Below, one piece after another: positions 54,201-63,890 of a stretch of 64,000 nt of DNA. The notes beneath the pieces were generated by a model. It saw only the letters and a list, made by a program, of their open reading frames with translations, did no database searches and was not told the origin of the DNA. Origin of the DNA: Lytechinus pictus (taxonomy: Eukaryota). The stretch spans positions 27,034,001-27,098,000 of the forward strand of contig NC_087251.1 of assembly GCF_037042905.1 (NCBI RefSeq). The letters run 5' to 3'. A program made the translations under genes and the position numbers. Each line of letters starts with the position of its first letter. The first letter of the stretch is position 1.

Positions 54201-57200
54201 TTTTATGCCAAATTTCATCAGCTGATATGAGTTGAATGCATCGATGGATGCGGGAAATGGTCTGTTAGACTGTCTGATTGAAAAGAAACAGCCTGGAAAC
54301 AATGAAGCATTTAATAAAGTACTACATGCTTACTCCCTGCAGAATAATGCAGTACAGACTTCTCATAAAAAGTAAAATTTTCTAAAATTTAGTGACAGAT
54401 GAACTTTTTATTTTATTAGTAAAATTAGTTGGAATATAAATTCTAATCATACTTTGGTAAAGCTTTAACCACACAGGGACTATGTCTAAGGTGAAGGAGG
54501 GGATGGGGTAATATTTGACCTCAAATCAAATTCATAATCTGGAAAACAAAAAAAAATCAAACTCCTCAATGTGCAAATGCATGTACTCACAACCCTGCTT
54601 GTATTGGAGGACATCAGACAATTTATGCCAGTGTGGGGCAGAATACAGCCTATGTTTTAAGCCCAATAAACTTGACTTTCTTTAATACAAGACACTCAGC
54701 TAGCAAATGCCAAAAATGCTTATAACATTTTCATTGTTGTGATTTGTATCTTACATGTTTTTGATACTGTAGGTGTGATATACAAACTGCCACATTAGCT
54801 TTTTGTATTGGATGGGATCTTTGAAAACATTGAGAAATGTCAATCCAAATAAAAGACACAGCTTTCATCAATAGGGTTGATTACAATGTTCAAACTAACA
54901 CTTTTGTCTTCTCTGTAAGCAGGGGAAGTGAACCACCTGCTACTTTATTAATGTTTTTAAACAGTGTTTGTCCTAGACACTCAAAGTACCATTTAAATGC
55001 TAATAAGTTGTACTTTCTAGTGATGTAATAAATATTAATTCTCACTGATTTTCACAAACAGACCAGGGGCCACGGAATGAATCTGAAAGTAAATGAAGGG
55101 GGGGGGGCTGAACATGCAATATATCACAATTTGATGGTCATATGCACATATTCAGACACGGTTATTGAAAAATGTGAAAAAAAGGCAAGGCTGAAGCCCC
55201 AAGCCCGCTGTTCCGCTGCCCATGCAGATACATGTTTGGTAATTAGGTTTTATTTAAGTGGGAGAATAAGAAAAAAACATTAAAAGGCCTATTCATGTTT
55301 ACCTGGAGTTCTTGGTCGCTATTGACAGGAGCAAAGACACAGCTTACTACGATGTTGGTGATACCTCTTTCTCTTAGTTCATTCAAGCATGACAGTACCT
55401 CGTCCAAGTCAAGACTAGTAATGGTCTGGCCATCATAGTTAAAGCCACCATTCAAGAAGTAATGAGAATCATACACTGCCTGAGATGCAGGAGAAATGAT
55501 ACCAAAGTGATTAACCCACTGCCTCTCAGAACATAATTTCCTCTGTATGAAGTCTTTGAGAATGAGAAAACAGCTTAACAGACACTGATAAAGTAATGGC
55601 GCAAGTAGCACAACACTGGTAATTATCCAGAAGCCTACATCGCCATTTTAATTCACCTGTGCATTATTTGTTTTATCGAATGGGTCAACAATAAAACCCA
55701 ATTTTGAAGAATTGCAAGAAGCACGGCTGCTTTGAAACATCTTCAATAACTATGGTAGCACAACTGAAAACTACCATCTTCTGTTATGTATTTGGGATAA
55801 AATCAATCTTCCATGACCAGGGCCAAAAAACGCAAAGGTTAACGATTAATCGCTAAATGAAACTGCTTATAATAATAATAATAATAATGAAACGTTTTTG
55901 TATAGCACAAAATACATAAGCAAAGTTGCATGTCTCTAAGCGCTTTTTACAAAAGGAGTGGAGATGGAGGGGAGAGCACTGGGTTCTTACATTGTTTACA
56001 AAATGGTGAATAAATGTGTTTTCAAGCTATTTCTAAACTTTTCGTATGGTTGTATATTTCTAAGATATTTTGGCAGATTATTCCATTAAATAGCAGCTGC
56101 ATGTGAAAATGATCTTTCCCCATATGACTTTGTCACAGTATGTGGGACCTGTACTAATGACTTTTTACTTGAACGTAGCATTCTGTCAGGTTTATATGGT
56201 GTTAACAATTCAATGAGATACAATGGAGCAAACTGATGGAAACATTGGTAGGCGAATAGAAGTACTTTGTAGTGTATGCGGGATTGGATAGGTAGCCAAT
56301 GTAAGTTTTTTAAGACTGGGGAAATTGGTTCATGTTTCTTTGTTCGTGTTACGAGTCGCGCTGCTCAATTTTAAACGAGCTGTAATCTTTGAATTTGACG
56401 AGACGAAAGACCAAAAAGCAAGCTATTACAAAAATCCAAATGGCACATAACAAAAGCAAGAATTAGGCGCTCAGTAGTTGTCTTATTCAAAAAGGTGCGA
56501 ATTTTGCCTATTTTATGCAGTCCATAAGATGCTGACCTACATTTTTGTGAAACAAAATGTTCAAAGGTGAATTTAACGTCAAAAGTAACCCCTAAGTTTT
56601 TACATGTTTTGGTTGCGTGAACAAGAGTGCCATCGAGATCTAGTGTCAGTATTGGGTTACTTACTCTATAGCGAGAAGAATCATGAAGAAATTCACACTT
56701 GATATTATTGAGTTTCAAACCATTTAGTTGAGACCACTCTTTGACTGATCGTACACAATTTGCCTATCAAGATCATTGTTGCATGCACATTTTGCTCAGT
56801 AGACTGACTAAGAACCAATCAAGACAGTTCTTTCAAATTAGCAATTAATCACTAACCTTTGTGTACAGGGCCCATATGTCTCTATGGGGTCCTCATGCAA
56901 AACAAAATAGTAAAAGAATGCCTCCTCCATCATCCCCTTGCAATTATACCTGCATGCTAATAATCCTGCTTAAAAAAAAAGTCATTACCTGCTTGAGGTC
57001 ATCTGGGAATTCAACACATGGTTCAAGAGCATGTGAGGCTGTCCCACACAGTCTTAAAATGGCAACACGAGTCAGGTGACGCCGTTGCAATACTGCGTTC
57101 ACAAAGTGAGTGGTCCCAATGTTCACCTGGCGGAAGTTTGTTGGACTACCTGTTTCAAATTGTCAGAAAAAGCATTGTGGATGTTTTAACACAGACCAAA

Positions 57201-60200
57201 GTTAAGATTTTTCAGTACTACTTGGGATAATTATATTTAAAAAGTGTAGTAGTCACTGAGTGCATTTTTACCCAGTTATAATTGAAATATTGTACTTTTC
57301 CAGCAGTTAGGATTTAAAATGAAATCTAACACCCACTTCCGGTAATTTTTGTTATTGTCACTTTAAAATAGAAGTTTGAGCATTTGCTTTACATATTTAG
57401 TAATGGGATATTAGAGGGCCACTGACAAAGATTATAACCTGAAACTTTCTGTCCATTCCATGCTTGAGAAGGTGTTTAACTCATTGAGTGCTTCGTGCAC
57501 GCTACGTATCCTACTATAACATATGCCACACTCGTGCTCGCTCGCCTACTATTGATTGCTTTGTGCTTGCATTGTTTTCTACCCTCGCCTGCTTCGTGCA
57601 TGACTGCGCACATTCGGAATTACAATCATTGTTACGCCGTTTTGCATTGTATTGCGCATCGCATGCATGCCGTAATTAGCACTATTGTGTGCAGTGCGAA
57701 CTCTGCTTTCTGACAGATCAACTTACTCACGCGGTTTACATTCAACCTTTTTCGAGTATTTCTACATTTTTTACAAGATATGGCTCCGCCTCCGAGAGGG
57801 AAGAGACCAAGGTTTTTTGATCCATACAAAACACTCCACAAAATGGAATTACTTGATACAACTCATATTTTAGCGGTAAAGATAATAACCAATCCATATA
57901 ATGAGGACACCATTATAAGAAGTATGAAATTTCCTACAACTTTACTACACAATATTTTGTGGATAAACTAATTGTTAGAGAGTTACAAGCAATTGTAATC
58001 ATGACTATTGAAAGGAGTGAATACGACTCGCGATCCCAAAATCAATGTGGCACAGGGGGGTTTTGTGGCTGGCACAGAGGATTAGCATCGGATTAGCACT
58101 GTGGCGTTGGATTAGTAGTGTGTATGGCATGTTAAGAGTTAATATAAACAAGACAAAAATATGAAGATACTTCATTTTGTTCGGGCACCCGATCAATCAT
58201 GTAAAATCAAGAAATTTGTCCAATAAAACACATTTTTAGTTTATATCTTTCACACCTCAACTGTTTCGGGGCACATGCATTAAAATAATTTAGTGATGAA
58301 ATGAAATAGTGGCATGCATTTTCAAAGGGATTTAACGACAGGGTTTAAAGTATTTGCAAAGGCTGATTTACTTGCATATTTTAATGTTTCCATCATGCAG
58401 GCCCATCAGACTCATGGGATAAATATTCTGAAGCATTAAATGTGCTAAAAATAGCAGGATATGATCTTGTATGTTTTTATCAGCTAATTTATAAGAGACA
58501 TGTTCAAATGATCCTTTATTTTTTTTTAACTGAGAGGGTACTAGATATACAATTCAAAATTTTGATTTTCATGCAGAATCAACAATATAGGGCCTACAGG
58601 AATAACCGTCATTTCTGGGGATTTATTTAACAATTTCCGACATTTTGCTATGTGAGAGAAGCCAACGTGGTTCAGTGGAACAACCGAATACAGAGACTGA
58701 AGCTTTTGGTCCAAATCACCAATGGGTGCATTTCTGCCGCCGTGCACAGGATAACCACTGTCACGACACATGCACCACTTTCAGGGGAATTCTTTTTTAA
58801 TTAGTAATAGACGAGAGATTTTATATCAGATAAGCTTTTGATATGAAACTTACCAAACCATATGAAGCCAATTTAATTTCCTCTTTGTCTATCTGGTAAT
58901 TTATATCAATGATTTTTCTTGATGTCGAAGAAGGCATGGATTTAATTCACCTGATCCGGAATACGCATAGAGAGGGCGGGTGATATTATTTAATAAACTT
59001 GCTTGTTTACGTCGGATCAGCTGTACTGCTGATTGCGTTCTAGGCGCTCAGCATTTTTTTTTCCTGTCGTTTTTTCGCTGTTCAGCGGTATTTTATGATG
59101 TAGCGCCATCAGCCCCGACGCCTTGAATCGAGACTGTTAGAAAAATTTGCATTTCGATTGTTGTTTGCGTAATTTCCACCGCAGTATTAAGGATCTTCGG
59201 ACGGAGTATCTTGGCCAAGTTTGGAGGTAAGCGTTTAAAATCACTTTTATAAATCATTTTGACTATATTTTCAAAATTAAGTTAGTTGATTAGATTGAAA
59301 TTTATGTAGTGAATAAATGTAGAAGGTTTTGGCATGTTTTATTCACTCACATTCGTGTGATGAATGAAAACGTCAAAATTCATACTCAAATGACATGCGT
59401 TGTGTCAGGTTAGTATAGCTAACCTCGCATGCTTGTGTGAGTAGCCTGGAGGCGTCTGGGGAGTGAAAGTAATATACTGTACGTATGGTCACTCCCCTAA
59501 CGCCTGGCATTGTGATGTATAGAGTCCTACGTACTGAGGGAAAAGGCAACTATAAAAATGCGCCAAACTGCTAGTTATGTTTAGAATCTGAGGTCACGAC
59601 TGCTGTACATGGGTAACAATATTGGTTGGCAACATTTGGCAAAAAATGCGTAGTAATGGTTACAAATGACGAATAAATTATATGAAGTAATAAAAGTAGA
59701 AGAGAGTTTACAAAATGTCCCGCTTCAACCACTGAACTAGAAATACGTGGAAGTCGTGTACACCCAAGCAAAACATCGCCGGCGAACTCGATAAGTCACG
59801 TGACCGCCGCCATTTTGCTAGGTCAATTGTTCGAGAACGCGCCGTAGAAGGCAAGATGCAATATGTTTTCTCTATGTATTTCTAGTTCAGTGGTTGAAGC
59901 GGGACATTTTAGCACTTTTTAATCTAGCACCGCTCATGATTTTGCCGCCCTCTATACGCGTCACGTAACTAGGTTGCAATTACAAAGGATCAAAGATGGC
60001 GATGTCAACAAGTGTAAGTAAACTCTCTTCTACTTTTATTACTTCATATAATTTATTCGTCATTTTGTAACCATTACTACGCATTTTTTGCCAAACGTTG
60101 CCAACCAATATTGTTACCCATGTACAGCAGTCGTGACCTCAGATTCTAAACATAACTAGCAGTTTGGCGCATTTTTATAGTTGCCTTTTCCCTCGGTACG

Positions 60201-61413
60201 TAGGACTCTATACATCACAATGCCAGGCGTTAGGGGAGTGACCATACGTACAGTATATTACTTTCACTCCCCAGACGCCTCCAGGCTATGTGTGAGTGGG
60301 TCCAAATCAACATCTGAAAATTAAAGATTCCACTGCCACTATACAGTCTACACTTAAGACTGGAATATAGTGACACTGTTTACACGGCCAGGGATGGTAT
60401 TACTTAAAGGTCAAGTTCACCTCAGAAAGATGTTGATTTGAATCAATAGAGAAAAATCAGACAAGCATAATGCTGAAAATTTAATCAGAATTGGATGTAA
60501 ATTATACTAGTAGGCCTATAATATATCTAACATATTTTTAGTTAAAGCCCTGGTTTTAATTTTTGAGATACACCTACTCGACTTTAAATCCCTGTAGATA
60601 CCCTAAAAAAAAAAAAAATTAATATATATATATAAAAAAATTAATAAATAGAAAAGAAAAAGAGAAAAAGAAAAAAAAAAGAATAAGAAATATTTGAATT
60701 TTACTTTATATTTTTTTTTCAAAGAAAACAACGTGAATAATACAATATTTATGATGGCGAAAATAGTCAAATTGACTGGTTGCCAAATAAAAAGAAGAAC
60801 CCCCCCACTCACTATTTCTTTTGTTTTTTAAAGTTCAAATTATACATTATTTCAATTTTTGCCGATTTGACAATAAGGACCAACTTGACTGAACCATAAA
60901 AACTTAAGCAATGGTAATTCAACATGTTCAGGGAGAAATAAAACTTTGTTTCACAGGACAATGAGGAGAAAATAAGAATATTTCATATTTCATATAACAA
61001 AATACAAAAGAAATAGTGAGTGATGTCATCACTTCCCTCAGTTGCATATCGACCGGAATGTGCATATAACTGTTTTGTGAAATTAAGCAAAACTTTAAAA
61101 TGTCATAACTTTCTTATTTTACATCCGATTTTGATGAAATTTTCAGTGTTATGCTTTTTTGGATATTTCTCTGTTTATTCAAATCAACTTTTTGTTGGGG
61201 TGGACTTGTCCTTTAAACACTGATCTTGTGTTAACATTCACCTTGTTCCTGGAGTACTCTGAAAAGGCTCTGTATGGAGTGTTTGACTCCCCCAGTCACA
61301 TCTTGGGTGGTTGGTTCCTTCACCACGCCCATAACACGGCCCTCGCAAAGGCACACGGCGTCTGTGTAGGTTCCTCCCACGTCCACGCCTACTATGAGAT
61401 TCGAATCTACCAT
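27052..61413 (-). CDS. Hydantoinase/oxoprolinase-A (HyuA-like) - DUF917 fusion protein, 17 exons, 1010 aa
   Basis: 17 exons, all GT-AG and phase-consistent, total 3033 nt with no internal stop. HyuA motifs: GVDVGGTYTD, IGTTHFVNA, GLLERENATILN, QNDGT, SGPTNSMRGA, DIGGTSTD, SIGLGGGS, ANAVGA. DUF917 motifs: LGSGGGG, MGAP, EIGGLNS, DGMGRAFPELQM, QNENL, PDII, YGLRV. Confidence 0.9.
27972..28133 (-). CDS. HyuA-DUF917 exon 16
   Basis: ITNVNRETTGGFDKG...FQNENL. Confidence 0.9.
28611..28788. mobile_element. Harbinger-like MITE
   Basis: GGGGGGTGTTTCA.AAAGATTTAAGT / ACTTAAATATTTGTGAAACACCCCCC. Confidence 0.6.
28918..29101 (-). CDS. HyuA-DUF917 exon 15
   Basis: SYSRAWHLGR...LLVSGK. Confidence 0.9.
29653..29795 (-). 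CDS. HyuA-DUF917 exon 14 (frame absent from ORF track)
   Basis: Hand translation: MFLPTIH...VENCFRTVVGTQMG. Confidence 0.87.
30324..30532 (-). CDS. HyuA-DUF917 exon 13
   Basis: EIGGLNS...DCDGMGRAFPELQ. Confidence 0.9.
30592..31159. mobile_element. Kolobok-like MITE (TTAA TSD)
   Basis: ttaa|AGTGATCATTTCACTTTG...CAAAGTCAAACGATCCCT|ttaa. Confidence 0.6.
31870..31907 (-). ncRNA. Second hammerhead core in the inverted arm
   Basis: Exact reverse complement of 35347-35384. Confidence 0.65.
31902..32832 (-). pseudogene. Inverted partial copy of the Penelope ORF (thumb + GIY-YIG only)
   Basis: Near-identical to the C-terminal ~300 aa of the main ORF; a 5-nt indel changes the last residues. Confidence 0.88.
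32831..35362 (+). CDS. Penelope-type reverse transcriptase + GIY-YIG endonuclease (5'-truncated; first internal ATG at 32978)
   Basis: Frame is open from the inversion junction (HLTFLTRC..VIPK). RT motifs PRIYGLPKIHK, SFDVVSLFTNVP, GAAMGSPVS, YVDD. Endonuclease GVVYKIPCSTCDKVYIGETGR. Confidence 0.93.
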   Translation, partial: HLTFLTRCIKNTVIPKDLRVRPPVPTKSARIIAERTSRLFLRERIRLTRMTLNSIRAEIESSTTLVRSALAEEHYNSALELFDDIYRYEFEKCKSRQQDKYRKISTEGKDSSVCADTSSRVVNLSKCKLTSDESALLAKGLNFSVAPKRVPATEIVAKVESSIRSLDAETIGSVRREINAILSSAEPPKPNITPGMRKALKSLKEDESIMILPADKGRASVILDTDVYRAKMSELIESGPYRAIGKDPTDRLSRKLTTILRGFHKNGDIDDSTYRKLKPSQKQPPRIYGLPKIHKADIPLRPIVSCVSSFAYNTSKYLADILAPLVGSNGHAVHNSASFVDFLRSETIQEHEVMVSFDVVSLFTNVPIDAACKVALSRLERDESLPERTQLSPAQVTELLSFVLQSTYFMFAGNFYEQQEGAAMGSPVSAVIANLFMEAFEERALSICPPDCAPRVWKRYVDDTFIITHRSAADDLLSHMNSQQPSIRFTMEMECNERIAFLDTMVHRDTSGRLYTTIYRKPTHTDQYIAYDSHHPKSVKRGVVKCLYDRASRIVTKPHCTATEKQHITSALISNGYPRSFVNRVAKKKSAPSEQPAQFKSAIVIPFVDGIAHLLRRRLEKHGIRVIFKSDSIRSQLVRPKDRPIPDRRDGVVYKIPCSTCDKVYIGETGRPVGERMKEHRRDVRLRRTDSSAVAEHAWDSDHPPNWDEVSCVAHDKHWYTRRVKEAIQIRLHPSNINRDSGIEIPDAWLPAIRRHTASTVQSARRPHQQVPDTSADADWPAASANHSARCTLQRAPSTSADPDWPAASANHSAAHARVEPDNSSRRYITRAQQRLCSLPDEV
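35149..35318 (+). promoter_or_regulatory. Penelope pLTR promoter-like region (4 CCAAT boxes + TATA)
   Basis: Two ~75-bp repeats each with CTGATTGGC...GCCAATCAC; TATATAA at 35312-35318. Mirrored in the left arm. Confidence 0.55.
35347..35384 (+). ncRNA. Minimal type-I hammerhead ribozyme core (Penelope pLTR)
   Basis: CUGACGA-A-[GUCU a GCA gcu UGC AGAC]-GAAAC-GUC. Stem III is reduced to the ACGU palindrome. Stem I has only 2 obvious base pairs. Confidence 0.65.
36054..36229 (-). CDS. HyuA-DUF917 exon 12
   Basis: FMGAPAVLIEKL; phase 2 in, phase 1 out. Confidence 0.85.
37396..37579 (-). CDS. HyuA-DUF917 exon 11 (start of DUF917)
   Basis: GEWIISERDIEYITIGAGLLGSGGGGSPY. Confidence 0.9.
37582..38231. 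repeat. GAGT/GAGA-rich low-complexity intronic tract
   Basis: Directly visible. Confidence 0.75.
38915..39040 (+). mobile_element. SINE-like 5' fragment with a 7SL/Alu-domain-like head
   Basis: GTGGCGTGCGCCTGTAATCCAAGCTA, B-box-like GGTTCGAGCCC, then CTTTCGGATGGTGACGTTAAA. Confidence 0.5.
39162..39767. mobile_element. HINE-like element, same family as 4005-4979, opposite orientation
   Basis: AACAAGTGGAATGCCTCTGGCCGTCTCACCTGCAT...ATGCAGGTGAGACAAAAA; fewer core repeats. Confidence 0.75.
41460..42791. mobile_element. Related G-run MITE with CGCGCTTCGCGCTCGC repeats
   Basis: Right end GGATCCGCCCCTG; left end degenerate. Confidence 0.5.
43764..44180. repeat. GTAGAT/GTAGAA simple repeat
   Basis: Directly visible; continues at ~38175-38231. 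Confidence 0.85.
44263..44512 (-). CDS. HyuA-DUF917 exon 10 (end of HyuA module plus linker)
   Basis: LAYLPG...RIKVKAVGSL followed by a polar linker. Confidence 0.87.
45304..45462 (-). CDS. HyuA-DUF917 exon 9
   Basis: SANAVGASLSQVSGTVD...AVANGA. Confidence 0.9.
45800..46520. mobile_element. piggyBac-like non-autonomous element (degenerate)
   Basis: TTAA-bounded ends; imperfect TIR TCCTTTTTAACTGGG / CCCAATTTAATAACGG; G-run subterminal motifs. Confidence 0.4.
46807..46917 (-). CDS. HyuA-DUF917 exon 8 (absent from ORF track)
   Basis: Hand translation: DVPVIVVGGGSILI...IKPPHYQ. Confidence 0.9.
47088..47240 (-). mobile_element. SINE central-domain-like fragment (Deu/Nin-like)
   Basis: Minus strand GAAGAATAGGGG...CCCCGGTGTAGTGG resembles the conserved SINE core as I recall it. 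Confidence 0.35.
47576..48587. mobile_element. HINE-like element, older relative of the same family
   Basis: AACAAGTGGAGCGCCTCTGGCAGTC...GGAAAAGCGGCGCCTAT...GAGACAAAAA with several GTTCATTGACCCTAAATGACC units. Confidence 0.72.
48714..48932 (-). CDS. HyuA-DUF917 exon 7 (absent from ORF track)
   Basis: Hand translation: VGPRSVGYRLLSEGLTFGGNTLTATDIAVAAG...IDQIK. Confidence 0.9.
49190..49260 (-). mobile_element. tRNA-derived SINE head remnant
   Basis: A-box TGGTCCAGTGG and B-box GTTTGAATCC at tRNA-like spacing; no intact cloverleaf. Confidence 0.55.
49443..49630 (-). CDS. HyuA-DUF917 exon 6
   Basis: DIGGTSTDVG...GFPRES...MPDVQSIGLGGGS. Confidence 0.92.
50261..50486. mobile_element. Hairpin MITE
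   Basis: ATAGAGTACTGAAG...TGCCATGGTGTCATGGC and its reverse complement. Confidence 0.7.
50527..50609 (-). CDS. HyuA-DUF917 exon 5
   Basis: PVRTFSSGPTNSMRGAAHL. Confidence 0.9.
50705..51300. repeat. Degenerate (CAT)n microsatellite
   Basis: Directly visible; explains the poly-D, poly-H and poly-M ORFs. Confidence 0.95.
51406..51623 (-). CDS. HyuA-DUF917 exon 4
   Basis: SHEIGQMGLLERENATILN...QNDGT. Confidence 0.9.
52440..53650. repeat. Purine-rich low-complexity tract with internal direct repeats
   Basis: AAAGAAATAC-like units; blocks ~52697-52790 and ~52857-52960 recur at ~53060-53245. Confidence 0.85.
55303..55479 (-). CDS. HyuA-DUF917 exon 3
   Basis: GGFNYDG...VFAPVNSDQE; GT-AG boundaries. 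Confidence 0.9.
55866..56760 (-). mobile_element. 5'-truncated L2-clade LINE (RT C-terminus + 3' UTR + (TAT)n tail) inside a Harbinger-like MITE
   Basis: KNLGVTFD...LDFCNSLLFGL...LQLV; 3' end GTAAAAAGCGCTTAGAGAC; host MITE arms at ~55818 and ~56872. Confidence 0.8.
56989..57149 (-). CDS. HyuA-DUF917 exon 2
   Basis: VNIGTTHFVNAVLQRR...LRLCG; GT-AG boundaries. Confidence 0.9.
59442..60288. mobile_element. Young non-autonomous DNA transposon with 8-bp TSD (hAT- or Zisupton-like)
   Basis: TAGCCTGG...CCAGGCTA termini; TSD TGTGTGAG on both sides; ~270-bp near-identical TIRs. Confidence 0.85.
60408..61212. mobile_element. Kolobok-like MITE (TTAA TSD)
   Basis: ttaa|AGGTCAAGTTCACC...GGTGGACTTGTCCT|ttaa. 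Confidence 0.75.
61242..61413 (-). CDS. HyuA-DUF917 exon 1
   Basis: caacATGg start; MVDSNLIVGVDVGGTYTDAV; phase-1 donor GTGAAT. Confidence 0.9.
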
Positions 61414-61640
61414 GTTGGGAGACTAAACAGCTCCTGGATCTGGAGGATGGAGTCCTTATGTGATGAATTCAAAGTCTGCAAAGTCTGGCAACGCTGCAGC
61501 ATCGAAATATTAATGAACGAAATTTGCTGCAATATTGGATGGCAAAATAGCCGTGTCCGAAGTTCTTGTTTTAGCTTACACGGCGCGTATCATTCAGCGT
61601 GAATAGGGTACCGGTATAGACGACTTGGTATTGCATGCCC

Positions 61641-61646
61641 TTTATA
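61641..61646 (-). promoter_or_regulatory. Candidate TATA box of the HyuA-DUF917 gene
   Basis: TATAAA (cTATAAAgg) on the minus strand ~230 nt upstream of the ATG; motif only. Confidence 0.35.
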
Positions 61647-61904
61647 GGCTAACGTTCAGCTGCGCTGCATGCTGATCGTGAATTTTAGCGTTATTTCACA
61701 TGCACCACTGTGTTTTCCCCAAATAACCATACAAATAAGTTAACTGAATTTGCAGGTATCAATATACTCTAGGTCAAAGTCTATTAGTTATTTTATGATT
61801 TTGCAATAAGCAATTTTCAGCTTATTTTGAACGAAATTTTAACATGCTTGATTAAGTTTTGGAGCGGACACCATTTTAACCTGAACCGCAGGCAGCAGGC
61901 TGAT

Positions 61905-62556
61905 CCCGGGGGGGCCACTTACATTGACGAGTGGATACCATGCGCGACCAAAAAAACACGTAAAAAGGATGTCTTTTTCAAGATAAGGCACGTTACGTAC
62001 GTAACGTGATAAGGGTGTCAAAAACACAAAAATATTGAAAAAAGGGTATCTATTTCGCTCGGAAAAATATACGTGTTTAGGGTCAAATATGCGGAGATGA
62101 TAAAACAAAATCAAAATGTTTTATAAAGGATGTCTTTTTTGCCCCAACACTACGTGTTTAGAGTCCGATTTGCGCGAGGTGTAGAAATAATGGTGTGTAA
62201 AGGTAAAACCGACGACCGACGGACCCGTGACATAACAATAAAATATCGCTGTACTTGTTTAGGGGTTCATTTCAGGGAATACTTGCCAAGAGTACCGTTT
62301 TGTTTCCAATACTTGTTAAGGGGTGCATTTTCAGAATATGGAAAATACATCGCTGTACTTAATTGTTTAGGGGCTCAATTCTGTGAATACTTGCCAATAG
62401 TATTTATTTTCAATACTTGTTAAGGGTAGGGTTTCACACGCCAATACTTGTTAAGGGGTGCATTTTCAGAATATGGAAAATACGTGTTTAGGGTGCTTTT
62501 CAAGACCCCGTGGTCGCGCATGGTATCCACTCGTCAATGGAAGTGGCCCCTCCGGG
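61905..62556. mobile_element. TIR MITE upstream of the HyuA-DUF917 gene (MuDR/EnSpm-like)
   Basis: CCCGGGG..GGCCACTTACATTGACGAGTGGATACCATGCGCGACCA and its reverse complement; flanks CAGGCTGAT / CAGGCTATA. Confidence 0.72.
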
Positions 62557-62745
62557 CAGGCTATACAAGAATAGGGGGAAACCCTTATTTGCATGACGTG
62601 ACTAATTTAAACAATTGACTGAAAACGGTCCATCGGACCAATCACTCCACGCATGGACCCCAATGGACCCTACCAAGGGTCCATGATCCATGTAAGAAGT
62701 TTTTTTTAATTTAGTTACAACGATCTACAAATCAATTCAACTTTC

Positions 62746-63027
62746 CATGGGCGGAAATCTGTCCCCAAAGGTAGGGGCGACCAGGGCCTGGAAAATTTGA
62801 CAAGCAAAAAAAAAAGAGGGTTTTCACCCAAAATATAAGGTCATTTAGTCCAAAATACATGTCATACATACATGTACATGTATTATTTCGATTGTGAAGT
62901 GATGTATTCTTCGATCACCATCATAAAAGACCAAAAATAGTAGGGGGAATTAACATTTGATATTGTGTCCCCCTACTATTTTTGGTAGGGGGACACGTCC
63001 CCCTGCCCCCTGGGATTTCCACCCATG
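62746..63027. mobile_element. G-run MITE
   Basis: CATGGGCGGAAATC / GATTTCCACCCATG TIRs. Confidence 0.55.
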
Positions 63028-63716
63028 TTCCCATTTCTAAAGAAGTACACACAAATACACCGAGGCACCGCAGTGGACTAGTCTGCTATGCAGACTCTGA
63101 ATGGCTCGTGAAGTGGGATCTACAGCTGGTTTGCGAAGCAAACCAGCCTGAAAGGGCGAGCGAAGCGAGCCATTTCAGAGTCTGCTTCTTCTTTGGAAAT
63201 CTTGTTCCCACGGTCAAAATAAGTCCCACCCACCCAAAATTTCAGAGAGCTTTCATTGGATAACTTCATCTGTCTGTAAACCAAATTTTAGGACCCCTGA
63301 GGAGTATAGATAATCCCTACTTCAACCACAGAGCCATGAGCAGGGTTATTATGTAATACACTCGCTCAGGCCATCAGACAGTGTTTACATATGACATTCC
63401 ACTGAGCAGCTGCATGTATGGCCAAAACCATGCTCCATGGCCCATGGTAGTGGTATTATCAAACACTTTTCATCATATCAAACATATTCAATTCAATTCA
63501 ATCTTTATTTCGCAAATAGGATAAAAATACAAGGAAACATAAAATAATGTGATTAGATAATAAAAATAAATTGCGTGGCTTCCCATGAAGGTAATTAATA
63601 AGAAACAGCTCTGCAGCTCTAGTAGACATATAGTCTGTTATGCAGACTCCTTGAATCAGCTGTGATACACACACTGCAGATGTGGGTCTACAGTTGTAGA
63701 CTATAGCAGTGGACCG

Positions 63717-63890
63717 CAGGGGCCGCGGAACGGTTTTCAAAGTGGGGGGGCTGAGCCAAAAGTGGGGGGGGGGCTGACCATGCTAAAAATCACAATCATA
63801 TGGTCAATTTTACGTTTTTGTACACGGTTTTGGGAAAAAGTGGGGGGGGGGGCTGAAGCCCCCCCAGCCCCCCCGGTTCCGCGGCCCCTG
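63717..63890. mobile_element. G-run MITE
   Basis: CAGGGGCCGCGGAAC / GTTCCGCGGCCCCTG TIRs; duplicated GGACCG flank. Confidence 0.65.

Noticed and set aside
27052..61413. 5-oxoprolinase (OPLAH) or bacterial contamination
   Set aside because: No hydantoinase-B domain, DUF917 in its place, and 16 canonical spliceosomal introns
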